Below are positions 41,948 through 55,278 of a DNA stretch of 64,000 nucleotides, piece after piece. The notes under the pieces are model-generated. The model worked only from the letters and a program-made list of their open reading frames with translations, made no database searches and was not told the origin of the DNA. The translations under genes and the position numbers were made by a program. Each line of letters starts with the position of its first letter. The first letter of the stretch is position 1. Origin of the DNA: Eledone cirrhosa (taxonomy: Eukaryota); NCBI GenBank assembly GCA_964016885.1, contig OZ024746.1, positions 16,244,001-16,308,000 of the forward strand, written 5' to 3'.

Positions 41948-43927
41948 AATAGTGACATACTAACTAGTATTGGTAGAATAGTGACTTACTAACTTTAGTA
42001 TTGGTAGAATAGTGACATACTAACTAGTATTGATAGAATAGTGACTTACTAACTGTAGTATTGGTAGAATAGTGACTTACTTACTGTAGTATTGGTAGAA
42101 TAGTGACTTACTAACTGTAGTATTGGTAGAATAGTGACTTACTAACTTTAGTATTGGTAGAATAGTGACATACTAACTAGTATTGATAGAATAGTGACTT
42201 ACTAACTGTAGTATTGGTAGAATAGTGACTTACTAACTTTAGTATTGGTAGAATAGTGACATACTAACTAGTATTGATAGAATAGTGACTTACTAACTGT
42301 AGTATTGGTAGAATAGTGACTTACTTACTGTAGTATTGGTAGAATAGTGACTTACTTACTGTAGTATTGGTAGAATAGTGACTTACTTACTGTAGTATTG
42401 GTAGAATAGTGACTTACTTACTGTAGTATTGGTAGAATAGTGACTTACTAACTGTAGTATTGGTAGAATAGTGACTTACTAACTTTAGTATTGGTAGAAT
42501 AGTGACATACTAACTAGTATTGATAGAATAGTGACTTACTAACTGTAGTATTGGTAGAATAGTGACTTACTTACTGTAGTATTGGTAGAATAGTGACTTA
42601 CTTACTGTAGTATTGGTAGAATAGTGACTTACTTACTGTAGTATTGGTAGAATAGTGACTTACTTACTGTAGTATTGGTAGAATAGTGACTTACTAACTG
42701 TAGTATTGGTAGAATAGTGACTTACTTACTGTAGTATTGGTAGAATAGTGACTTACTTACTGTAGTATTGGTAGAATAGTGACTTACTTACTGTAGTATT
42801 GGTAGAATAGTGACTTACTTACTGTAGTATTGGTAGAATAGTGACTTACTAACTGTAGTATTGGTAGAATAGTGACTTACTTACTGTAGTATTGGTAGAA
42901 TAGTGACTTACTTACTGTAGTATTGGTAGAATAGTGACTTACTTACTGTAGTATTGGTAGAATAGTGACTTACTTACTGTAGTATTGGTAGAATAGTGAC
43001 TTACTAACTGTAGTATTGGTAGAATAGTGACTCACTAACTAGTATTGGTAGAATAGTGACTTACTAACTGTAGTATTGGTAGAATAGTGACTTACTAACT
43101 GTAGTATTGGTAGAATAGTGACTCACTAACTAGTATTGGTAGAATAGTGACTTACTAACTGTAGTATTGGTAGAATAGTGACTTACTAACTGTAGTATTG
43201 GTAGAATAGTGACTCACTAACTAGTATTGGTAGAATAGTGACTTACTAACTGTAGTATTTGTAGAATAGTGACTCACTAACTAGTATTGGTAGAATAGTG
43301 ACTTACTTACTGTAGTATTGGTAGAATAGTGACTTACTTACTGTAGTATTGGTAGAATAGTGACTTACTTACTGTAGTATTGGTAGAATAGTGACTTACT
43401 AACTGTAGTATTGGTAGAATAGTGACATACTAACTGTAGTATTTGTAGAATAGTGACTCACTAACTAGTATTGGTAGAATAGTGACTTACTTACTGTAGT
43501 ATTGGTAGAATAGTGACTTACTTACTGTAGTATTGGTAGAATAGTGACTTACTTACTGTAGTATTGGTAGAATTGTGACTTACTAACTGTAGTATTGGTA
43601 GAATAGTAACTCACTAACTAGTATTGGTAGAATAGTGACATACTAACTGTAGTATTGGTAGAATAGTAACTCACTAACTAGTATTGGTAGAATAGTGACA
43701 TACTAATTGTAGTATTGGTAGAATAGTGACTTACTAACTAGTATTGGTAGAATAGTGACATACTAATTGTAGTATTGGTAGAATAGTGACTCACTAACTA
43801 GTATTGGTAGAATAGTGACTCACTAACTAGTATTGGTAGAATAGTGACTCACTTACTGTAGTATTGGTAGAATAGTGACTCACTAACTAGTATTGGTAGA
43901 ATAGTGACTCACTAACTAGTATTGGTA
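41948..43927. repeat. 29/31-bp minisatellite, ~65 copies
   Basis: TATTGGTAGAATAGTGACTTACT(A/T)ACTGTAG with 29-bp ...ACTAACTAG variants. Confidence 0.97.
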
Positions 43928-43989
43928 GTTGATGTTTTAACATTATATGTTGTGTCAACCTATAGAGAACAGAAAATTAACACTAAACA

Positions 43990-44568
43990 GTGATAATGAT
44001 GATGATGATGATAATGACGATTGTGGTGGTGATAGTGGTGATGGTGGTGATGGTGATGATGGTGGTGGTGGTGATAGTGGTGATGGTGGTGATGGTGATG
44101 ATGGTGGTGGTGGTGATAGTGGTGATGGTGGTGATGGTGATGATGGTGGTGGTGGTGATAGTGGTGATGGTGGTGATGGTGATGATGGTGGTGGTGATAG
44201 TGGTGATGATGATGATGGTGGTGATAGCGGGGATAGTGATGATGATGGTGGTGGTGGTGATAGTGGTGGTTGTGGTGATGGTGATCTTTGTGGTGGTGAT
44301 AGTGGGGATGGTGATGATGGTGGTGGTGGTGATAGTGGGGATGGTGATGATGGTGGTGGTGGTGATGGTGGTGATGGTGGTGGTGGTGGTGATAGTGGTG
44401 ATGGTGATGGTGGTGGTGGTAGTGATAGTGGTGATGGTGGTGATGGTGGTGGTGGTGATAGTGGTGATAGTGGTGATGGTGATGATGGTGGTGGTGGTGA
44501 TAGTGGTGATGGTGATGACGGTGGTGGTGATAGTGGGGATGGTGGTGATGGCAATGATTATGATGATG
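43990..44568. repeat. (GGT/GAT)n compound tract
   Basis: Direct reading. Confidence 0.95.
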
Positions 44569-44862
44569 AAACAATATTTTTGCAAACTCATTTTTGTTCC
44601 CTTTGAGATGTATTTCATAAATCCAGTGCAGAAACCTCGGAACATTCTGTAGTTTGGTTGTCAAAAGGTTAAAAAATGTTTTCATATAATTTAAATATTT
44701 TGTTGCTATTTGGGAAATGGGAAATATCTGAGGCAAGCAATAAATAATGAATACAATGGAAAGATGTAATATATGCAATACAAAGAGAAATTATATTATA
44801 TATACACATACATTCACACAAACACACACACATATATATGTGTTTGTGTTTGTGTGTATATA

Positions 44863-44918
<56 letters not shown>

Positions 44919-45030
44919 TACACACAATACAAAGATATGTGTGTATACGAATACATATATATATATGTATATATACACACATACATATACGCACAATTCA
45001 AAAATATATGTGGGTTATGAATATATATTT

Positions 45031-45061
<31 letters not shown>

Positions 45062-45109
45062 CACATACATATACACACAATTCAAAAATATATGTGGGTT
45101 ATGAATATA

Positions 45110-45173
<64 letters not shown>

Positions 45174-45299
45174 AATATACACAAAATACAAAGATATGTG
45201 TGCGTATATGAATATATATATAAATATATATATATACATATATATATATATACATAGTGTGAAATTGCCTACAAAAGCAGATATCTGTATTTTATTCCA

Positions 45300-45452
<153 letters not shown>

Positions 45453-46071
45453 CTGGTGATTCTATAGACATGTTTTATGATATATATATATATATGATCC
45501 AATGAAATAGTTATGCGTGCCTGGACTGCAACATTTCTTCACAGCAATACTTCAATGTTCACAATCCATTTATGTGTCTTCATCATGTCATCCTCATAAT
45601 TAGATTCTTAGCTGCTTTTATCACCTCATTATTGAAGATTCCACCAAAGTATTTTAATATCACGGCATGTCAACTGAACTATTGGCTTTTATTTAATCAT
45701 TTACTTTGGTAAAATAAAGGGAAAAAAAACTTTCAAAATAAATTTAATGAAATGGAATTAATAAAAATATGAGAGAAAATAATTACTATTTAGCAGCATA
45801 ATTACACTGTTAAAATATTATTATTTAAAAATTACATTTCAAATGTGAGGAAAACTGAAAGAATGCTAATAGTACATTGTAAATAAAGAATCTTAACATG
45901 ATGTGTATGCTTGACATTATGGCTTTGTATGGCAAAAGGAAGAAAGTTCTGTTGTCAGGTATGAATTATTTCTAATTAGTTTTATTGTGTGTTATTTTGA
46001 ATGTATTGATCTTTACCATAGATAACCAGTGATAGGTGAAGATTTAACTTAAAAACATGAACTGTTATTTA

Positions 46072-46147
<76 letters not shown>

Positions 46148-46251
46148 TTATACATATTTATACATATTTATACATATATATATATATATACACATATTTA
46201 TACATATACATACATATATATATATACATATTTATACATATACATATATAC

Positions 46252-46311
<60 letters not shown>

Positions 46312-46359
46312 GTATCTATATGTATAAATATGTATATATATATGTATGTATATGTATAA

Positions 46360-46390
<31 letters not shown>

Positions 46391-46493
46391 AATATGTATA
46401 TATATGTATATATATAATAATAATAATATATATAGAAATAAAGACAGTAAATTGTGTGTCTAAAATTACGAGATAGTAATTCTGTATTTTATT

Positions 46494-46535
<42 letters not shown>

Positions 46536-46704
46536 TAGAATAATGGGAAGAACTCAACACAACGAAGCTGTTAAAACAGCAAAATGGCGTCAATGTTTTA
46601 ACTGTTTTAGCAGCTTCCTTGCGTTGAGTTCTTCCCATTATTCTATGAATTCTAATACACTCACACCTCAAACTCGATATTTGAGATAACTTTGCTTATA
46701 TATT

Positions 46705-47041
46705 TCATCATCATTTCATTTTACGTCCACTTTTCCCTGCTTGCAAGGGTGGGACGGGAACTGATGCTGGCTTGATTTCTACAGCTGGATGCCCTTCCTA
46801 ACACCAACCTCATTTACAGAGAGTGCTGGGTGCTTTTTTGCCGTGGCACCTCCACGACCACTTTGCAGTGGAATGATAGGAACCCCAGTCCCTATCATCT
46901 CATTTCTACAGCTGAGTAAACTGGAGCAATGTGAAATAAAGTGTCTTGCTCAAGGAAACAACACATCACCTGGTCTGAGAATTGAACTCACAACCTTTCG
47001 ATTGCAAGGCCAATGCTCTAACCACTAAGCCATATGCCTCC
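46705..47041 (-). mobile_element. Full-length SINE family A
   Basis: Reverse complement of the 38117 and 49176 copies. Confidence 0.9.
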
Positions 47042-47289
47042 ATATATATATATATATTCTATTATGTTCAAGTACCAGTACTGGGGTAATTGCTGGCCTT
47101 GTGCCGAAAGTAGAAACAATTATGTTCATATCATCATCACTGTTTAACATTTGTTTTTCCATGTTTGCATGGGTTAGACAGGTTGCCCATGTCATGAGAC
47201 AAGTCTGGCCAGCTGGCCGTGTCGTACCTTGCTCATATATCATCATCATCATCATTTCATTTTACGTCCGCTTTTTCCCTGCTTGCAAG

Positions 47290-47372
<83 letters not shown>

Positions 47373-47949
47373 GTTTCTGAATTTGTTTAGCAAGATTCTT
47401 TATCTGAAATCGTGTGTTGAAACCGATATTGTTATACTTTGGGAGGGTCATGTTGCCAATAAGAAACACACGCACCAGTTGCTTTCACTTCAATTTATTA
47501 TAATAAATTACAACCAAAATTAAATAGAAAATATGAGTGGAACAGCAACATCACAACTTACAATTAAGGACAAAATGAAAACACACACACACATAGAACA
47601 AACAACCAACCAGTAACATGTAAATAAACAAATAAATAAATGAACATAAACACACACAGACACCCGGATGTGGCGCATGCGCAGACTGAGCACACAACAC
47701 ACACACAGAAACAAAATGGCGTAGGACAGAACAAAAGAGAGGCACAAAAACAAAGAAAAGAATCCCCAGTCACTGAAGAGGTCACAGAGTGTGGGACGAA
47801 AGAACTATGACAATATATAAACAACTATCTGGTTGTGGAACCAACCAACCAACCAGAAATTTATAAATTTATAAATTTATTATAATAAATTGAAGTGAAA
47901 GCAACTGGTGCGTGTGTTTCTTATTGGCAACATGACCCTCCCAAAGTAT

Positions 47950-48016
<67 letters not shown>

Positions 48017-48321
48017 CATATATATATACATATATAAGAATGACATTAAGAAAGATGCTGATGTTACATAAATTGTTTATTCATAATAATTATTTCAACG
48101 GTTCTCTTATGCAATCCCAGATGTAATTTTTGTATTTGTTGTTGTGATGGGAACTGTATCTTCAGATAAAAAATCCGATTTTGTGATATGCCACAGGCAA
48201 AAAGCATATCCTTCTACTCATGTGCCCGGCTGACACACATATATATATATATATAATGTATTTAGATGATTATATGTTTTGTTTGTATTTGGCTAATTAT
48301 TATTGTTTTTATTATATTCAG

Positions 48322-48447
48322 ATATCAATGAATGTGTTGAAGGTTTCAATCCCTGTCAAGAGAACTGTATTAACACCATTGGCTCATATTACTGTGAATG
48401 TCTGTCACAAGGATTTGAACTTATGTCTAATAGATTCAACTGTTCTG
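48322..48447 (+). CDS. Exon F, cbEGF domain
   Basis: tatattcag|AT...TCTG|gtcaga; 126 nt; DINECVEGFNPCQENCINTIGSYYCECLSQGFELMSNRFNCS (inside ORF 48303..48584). Confidence 0.93.
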
Positions 48448-48687
48448 GTCAGATATTTTACATCATTCTACATTACATCTCTTTGGCTGCACCTACACGT
48501 ATATCTGTGTGTGCAACCATTTGTATAAATATGTTAAGCAACTATGCAGACCACTGTTATATGTGTATATGTGTATGTGTATAAATGCATATATGTGTGC
48601 AGATGTGTGCAGATGTGTGTGTGTGTGTGTGTATATATGTGTGTGTGTGTGTCTATAGATCTATGTGTGTGTATAGATCTGTGTGTG

Positions 48688-48718
<31 letters not shown>

Positions 48719-49175
48719 ATGTGTGTGTATGCGTGCCATTATAAAAATCCATATCCTTTTTACACACACATATGTACTCCTAACGTAATTCTCAAGGAGA
48801 TTCAGTGTGACAAGTCTGACTCTTTGAATTACACACTATTCCTACTAACAGGCTTCCAAGTAGTTTCCCTCCACCCAGTTTTATTTACAAGGTATAGGTC
48901 AACTCAAGGCTATGGTAAATGACATTTGCTCAAGATGCCAAGCAGTAAGATTGAACCTGGGGCCTAATGATTGCAAAGTGAACTTCTTAACTATTTAGCC
49001 ATGTTGCATCCTCAAGTAGTATGTAAGCCAATAAAGGCTACCCCATATTAAAGGAGCTTGTGGAGGCAACAATTAGGTAAAGAGGATGGAAATAGGTGTA
49101 AATGTTTTGGAATTTGGGTACGAATAGAATCCAGGATTGTAACTTTAACCTAGTTTTATTTGTGTGAAATATTAA

Positions 49176-49523
49176 GGAGGCACATGGCTTAGTGGTTAGA
49201 GCATTGGCCTTGCAATCGAAAGGTTGTGAGTTCAATTCTCAGACTGGGTGATGTGTTGTTTCCTTGAGCAAGACACTTTATTTCACATTGCTCCAGTTTA
49301 CTCAGCTATAGAAATGAGATGATAGGGACTGGGGTCCCTATCATTCCACTGCAAAGTGGTCGTGCAGGTGCCATGGCAAAAAAAGCACCCAGCACTCACT
49401 GTAAATGAGGTTGGTGTTAGGAAGGGCATCCAGCTGTAGAAATCAAGCCAGAATCAGTTCCTGTCCCACCCTTGCAAGCAGGGAAAAAGCGGACGTAAAA
49501 TGAAATGATGATGATGATGATGA
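49176..49523 (+). mobile_element. Full-length SINE family A
   Basis: As 38117, with (ATG)n tail. Confidence 0.9.
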
Positions 49524-50218
49524 TTAAGCAAATATGATTATGTTTTTGATAAAAAGTTATATCTGTAAATATATAGTACTGAGGTAACCATGACTGCATA
49601 CATGTGTCTATAGATTTACACATTTTTATTATATAGACATGCAAACTTGCCAAATATGTGTATTTCCCTGTAAACTGAAAAAAATTATAAACACCTTTAA
49701 TCAATTTTCAGACCTATTGAGTCTTTCAACAAAAGGTGTGCATATCATCTAAACAACCACAAGGCAATAACTAATCGAAGGGATTATATACCCTGTCACC
49801 AATAGTAGTATCATGAAATGGTTGTACTAATTTGTATATCATTAGTGTTCATGTTGGTAATTAATTAAGATATATATTAAGTTGTGCACTAAACAACCTA
49901 CTTTTATTTTGTATAATTGATCATTTTCAAAAAGCCAGTACAATTGGTAGAAATATATAAAGGGCAAAAGATGACAAATAAAACAAAAGAAAGTAATGTT
50001 TTACCTATTATATTTCAACTTAATATTTCAGGGCTAAACCCTCTTCTCAAATGTGAAATAAAAATGGTTTGAAACAAAAATGAATGGTCGATGTGTTCTT
50101 CCCTAATCTGTATATATACACAACTTTATTATACACTTTAACTGCTTAACACACAACTTAATATATATCTTATGTTTGTATCTATATTAATTTCTCTTTC
50201 TCTCTCATGAATTCTCAG

Positions 50219-50341
50219 ACATTGATGAGTGTACCTCTGAGTTGACAAATGGATGTGATCATCTTTGTTACAATGTACCTGGTTCTTATGACTGCGACTG
50301 TCACCCTGGTTATTGGATGGACACATCTCTAGATTGTATAG
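50219..50341 (+). CDS. Exon G, cbEGF domain
   Basis: attctcag|AC...ATAG|gtaagt; 123 nt; DIDECTSELTNGCDHLCYNVPGSYDCDCHPGYWMDTSLDCI. Confidence 0.95.
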
Positions 50342-51003
50342 GTAAGTTAATACCTTTGTACAGGTAAGATAATATTTTTGTACATGTAAGCTAATATATT
50401 TGTATAGGTAAGCTAATATCTTTGTACAGGTAAGATAATATTTTTGTACATGTAAGCTAATATATTTGTATAGGTAAGCTAATATTTTTGTATAGGTAAG
50501 CTAATAAGTTTTGTACAGGTATGCTAATATTTTTGTATAAGTAAGCTAATGTATTTGTACAGATAAGATAGTGTATTTGTACAGGTAAGCTAATATATTT
50601 GTACAGGTAAGCTAATATATTTGTACAGATAAGCTAATATATCTGTATAGGTAAGCTAACATATTTGTACAGGTAAGCTAATATATTTGTACAGATAAGC
50701 TAATATATCTGTATAGGTAAGTTAATATATTTGTATAGGTAAGCTAATATATTTGTATAGGTAAACTAATATATTTGTATAGGTAAGCTAATATATATTT
50801 GTACAGATAAGCTAATATACTTTTGTACAGGTAAGCTAATATATTTTTGTACAGGTAAGCTAATATATTTTTTTACAGATAAGCTAATATATTTGTATAG
50901 GTAAGCTAATATATTTGTATAGGTAAGCTAATATCTCTGTAAAGGTAAGCTAATATATCTTTGCAAAAGTAAGTTAATATATTTCTATAGGCAAGCTAAT
51001 ATT
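50335..51003. repeat. 23-bp minisatellite beginning at the exon G donor, ~29 copies
   Basis: TGTA(C/T)AGGTAAGCTAATATATTT. Confidence 0.95.
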
Positions 51004-52630
51004 TACACAGCACTTTAACAGTTTTTTATTTCGTATTTTTGCCAATAATAATGATATATTTTGTCCATACACAAGATCAATTTTTGTAGAACTCTATAGT
51101 CAATCCAGGCTAGAATGCTTTGCAGTATTCATTTTGGGTTTCTATATCTCTTTCTCCCCCACTCTCTCTCTAAGAGATTGACTGTGTTCAGATCAGGATA
51201 AGTGATGGGCTCTGACAGGTTTAAAGTATCCCAAAACACTACAGCACCCGACAGGTTCATACATACATACTTAAGTGTCCCAAAACACTACATCACCCCT
51301 ACAACTCCTCCAGGAGTTACAGATTCATACATACATAAATTTATCTCAATTATTAAATAGGATTAAATTACATTATGTTCAAGGAAGACCCATGATCCTT
51401 TCATCTCTCTTCTCTTCCCCTCAGTATCTCTCTAGCTCCTAAACAACTTATATCAAGCTGTATCTTCTCTAAATTCTTTATATTAAAGAATGGACCTCCG
51501 TATGTTTCAATGATCACTGTTCCAGTTGTTTGATCAATGGAAGAATCTACTTGTGAAATTAATGTTAGTGATAGTGATGATGATGATGGTGGTGATGATG
51601 ATAGGTGTGTTGGTAAGGTGGTGGGGGTGGCGATGATGATGATGATGATGATGATAGGTGTGGTGGTGCAGTGGTGATGGTGATGGTGGTGGTGTGGTGG
51701 TAGTGGAATGGCGATGATGATAGGTGTGATGGTGTGGAGGTGATTATGATGATGATGATGATGATGATGCTGATGGACCATCCTCTTTCACCTCCTCCTC
51801 CTCCTCCTCCACATCATCATCATCACCATCACACAAACTATATGAAGCCATCACTGACAATACCACAAATATTGCTGCCAGTGATGTTGGGTGGGTGTAT
51901 GGTAAAGAGAAGGGGAGAGAGTGTTTGGTGTGGTGGTGTGGTGGTGGTGGTATGGTGGTGGTGGTGGTGGTGGTGTGGTGGTATGGTGGTGGTGGTGGTG
52001 GTGTGGTGGTGGTGGTGGTGGTGGTTGTATTGGTGGTTGTGTGGTGGTGGTGGTGGTGTGGTGGTGGTGGTGGTGGTGGTTGTATTGGTGGTTGTGTGGT
52101 GGTGGTGTGATAAAAGACTGTAAAATGTTGTTAACTGGTGCTAGAAATGAAGTAAGTTCTTGTAGATATTTCCCAATTATCAGCAATCACTTGTAAATCT
52201 TCCCAATAGGTCTCTGTTGCAATTCAGATGCCAAACTAACCAAAACTCCTGGGTTTCACACCACCGCTTATTGCTCCACGCTTTAAAACATCATTTTTTC
52301 TCATTTAATAATCTACCATTTCCTCCATCTCTCCCCTCCCCACCGTCCACACTCCCACCACCACCACCACCACTCTTCCTCCTGACCTGCTCTTCTTCTT
52401 CTTCTTCCTCATCACTCTCCTCCTCTCAACAATCAGTCCTGACAACATCTTATCTGGGACTGTGTGGTGTAGTGGCATAGGAAGGGCTGTGACCCGGTTT
52501 ATCTGTGCCTTGCCCCAAGGTAACCAATCACTAGGAGTAGGAAGGGTGGGAAACCCTGTGAAGTTAATTGGTTCATATTGTTTTTTTTATTGACCAGATG
52601 TCAAACAATACACACACACACACACTCACA

Positions 52631-52706
<76 letters not shown>

Positions 52707-52779
52707 CACACACACGCACACACACACATACACACACACACGCACATATATATATATGGAAGAGAGAGAGAGGGATAGA

Positions 52780-52889
<110 letters not shown>

Positions 52890-53058
52890 ATATATTGGCA
52901 TACATGTATGAATGTAGATATATTGTATACATTTTTATATATTTGTAATATATGTAAGCCAGTAAAAAAATAAAATAATTTATATATATATATATTATTT
53001 ATATCATCATCATCATCATTTAGTGTCCATTTTCCATGCTAGCATAGATTAGCAGGGA

Positions 53059-53124
<66 letters not shown>

Positions 53125-53232
53125 TGAACATTGGTCTCCAGTGTAACAGGGAAGTATACTTATCACTATACTACCAAAATTATATATATATATTTCGTTT
53201 CTGAATTTGGCAACATGACCCTCCCAAAGTAT

Positions 53233-53264
<32 letters not shown>

Positions 53265-53268
<4 letters not shown>

Positions 53269-54207
53269 TCATCATCATCATCATCATCAACGTTTAACGT
53301 CCGTGTTCCACGCTTGCATGGGTTTGGACGGGGGTAGTCCCACTTGAGGCAAGAGTGATTGTCTTGCTCGCATAGGACTGTCTGGCAGGTTTTCTACAGC
53401 TGGATGCCCTTCCTAACACCAACCACATTTACAGTGTGGGTCTGGGAGGTTTTTACCGTGTTGCCTACACGGCCACATTACAGCGTGGACTGTGTGTTTT
53501 TTTGTCGTGACACCTACACGATCTCATTTGTTTCGGCCTGGATGGCGCGGCACCAACATAACTTTACATAGAACGGGGTGGTGTGGATGGGGTGGGGGTT
53601 GTGGTGGTGGGACGGGGTGTATTTTGTTAGAGATGCCTACTGGCAAGGCGGGTCTTCTCTATTACTGAGTACCGCCAAAGGTCTCGGTCCAGTGACATTG
53701 TCTTGGTGAGGTGTAAGTGTGTGAGGTCGGTGTTTATCAGCTCGTCCCAGGTTTTTCTGGGTCTGCCTATTCCGTGGCTACCGTCTATCTTTATTGCCCT
53801 GCACTTTGTTATACAGCTATCATCCTTCATGCGCATCACGTGACCATACCAACGTAGCCTTCTCTCTAGTAAACAACATCTGATCCCTCTTATTTCTAAT
53901 TTTTTCCTTAGTTCGTTTATGCTTTGTCGTTCACGTATATTACTATTACACATCCAGCGGAGCATGCAAGCTTCGTTTCTCTCTAGTCTGCGTATATCCT
54001 CTGCACACAATGCCCAGGTCTCACTGCCATGCAACATTGCTGTTCGTATGCAGGCATCGTACAGCCTGCCTTTCATTTTTAGGGAGAACCCTTTAGCGGC
54101 TAATAGTGGTATAAGCTCTCTGAACTTTTTCCACCCAGTTCTGACTCTAGCTACTGTACTTTCAGAGCACCCTCCCCCACTGCTGATTTTGTCACCCAGG
54201 TAACGGA
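53265..54207 (-). mobile_element. RTE LINE 3' end (ORF C-terminus, 3' UTR, (ATG)n tail)
   Basis: YLGDKISSGGGCSES..ARVRTGWKKFREL..LHGSETW..RRLRWYGHVMR..GRPRKTW in ORF 53627..54403; tail at 53265-53288. Confidence 0.92.
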
Positions 54208-54276
54208 TATATATATAATTGAAACTAATAAACCTTTGTTCGTACTGCCTCTCTGTTTTGTTCCCGTTCAATTTTT

Positions 54277-54319
<43 letters not shown>

Positions 54320-54548
54320 ATAAAAATACTTGAGTGCATTAGAGTTAAACACACTCATCGTATTAGAGAAATGACAGTATAAGATATAGCTCAATGTTAT
54401 CAAACAGAGCCGAAAAATTATATAAAATTAACAAAGAAGCCTTTAATACATTAAAAATCTTTATTTGCTGACAATGTTTCGTCCCATTAATTAGGACATT
54501 GTCAGCAAATAAAGGTTTTAATGTATTAAAGGCTTCTTTGTTAATTTT

Positions 54549-54580
<32 letters not shown>

Positions 54581-55240
54581 CATATATATATACATATATA
54601 TATCATCATCTATGTTTAACGTCCATTTTCTATGCTAGCATGGGTTAGACGGAGCATATATAATTTTGGTAGTATAGTGATAAGTATACTTCCCTGTTAC
54701 ACTGGAGACCAATGGAGTGGTATTATTCATTAGTGAAGGTACAATGATAAAATGCACGTCCTCTCTGTAAAGTGGTTGGCATTAGGAAGGGTGTAGTGAG
54801 AAAGGTTGGTCACTTTGACCTATCTGGCTGTTGCAACCCATCAAAACTACGCCAGTGGAGAAAGATGCAAAATTATGACGATGAAGAAGTCTGTAGCTAC
54901 ATTCACATATATTATATTATTCAATTTCTGTACCCATATATGTTACCATATATATATATATATATATATATTAGATATATATTTATTAAATATATATATA
55001 TATATATATATATAACGGAAGAAATGTGGTAAGGAACCAGGTGGACCATAACGCACCAAAGTACTCAATATTTAGGGTAGTAGAGTGGGTAATAGGAACG
55101 AGTAGGACCCCGACGGCTGAGCTCAAGCCGTTTCTACGGCTAATTCTGGACTGAATTAGTCCAGAATTAGCCGTCGAAACAGCTTGAGCTCAGCCGTCGG
55201 GGTCCTACTCGTTCCTATATATATATCATCATCATCATCA

Positions 55241-55278
<38 letters not shown>

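Noticed and set aside
43947-44778. Poly-His, extensin-like SPPP and GGDSGD ORFs
   Set aside because: All arise from one (GGT/GAT)n tract; multi-frame openness is a repeat artefact.
49712-49735. Possible 24-nt phase-1 microexon DLLSLSTK
   Set aside because: Weak donor (gtgtgc), short pyrimidine tract, no counterpart in the module repeat.
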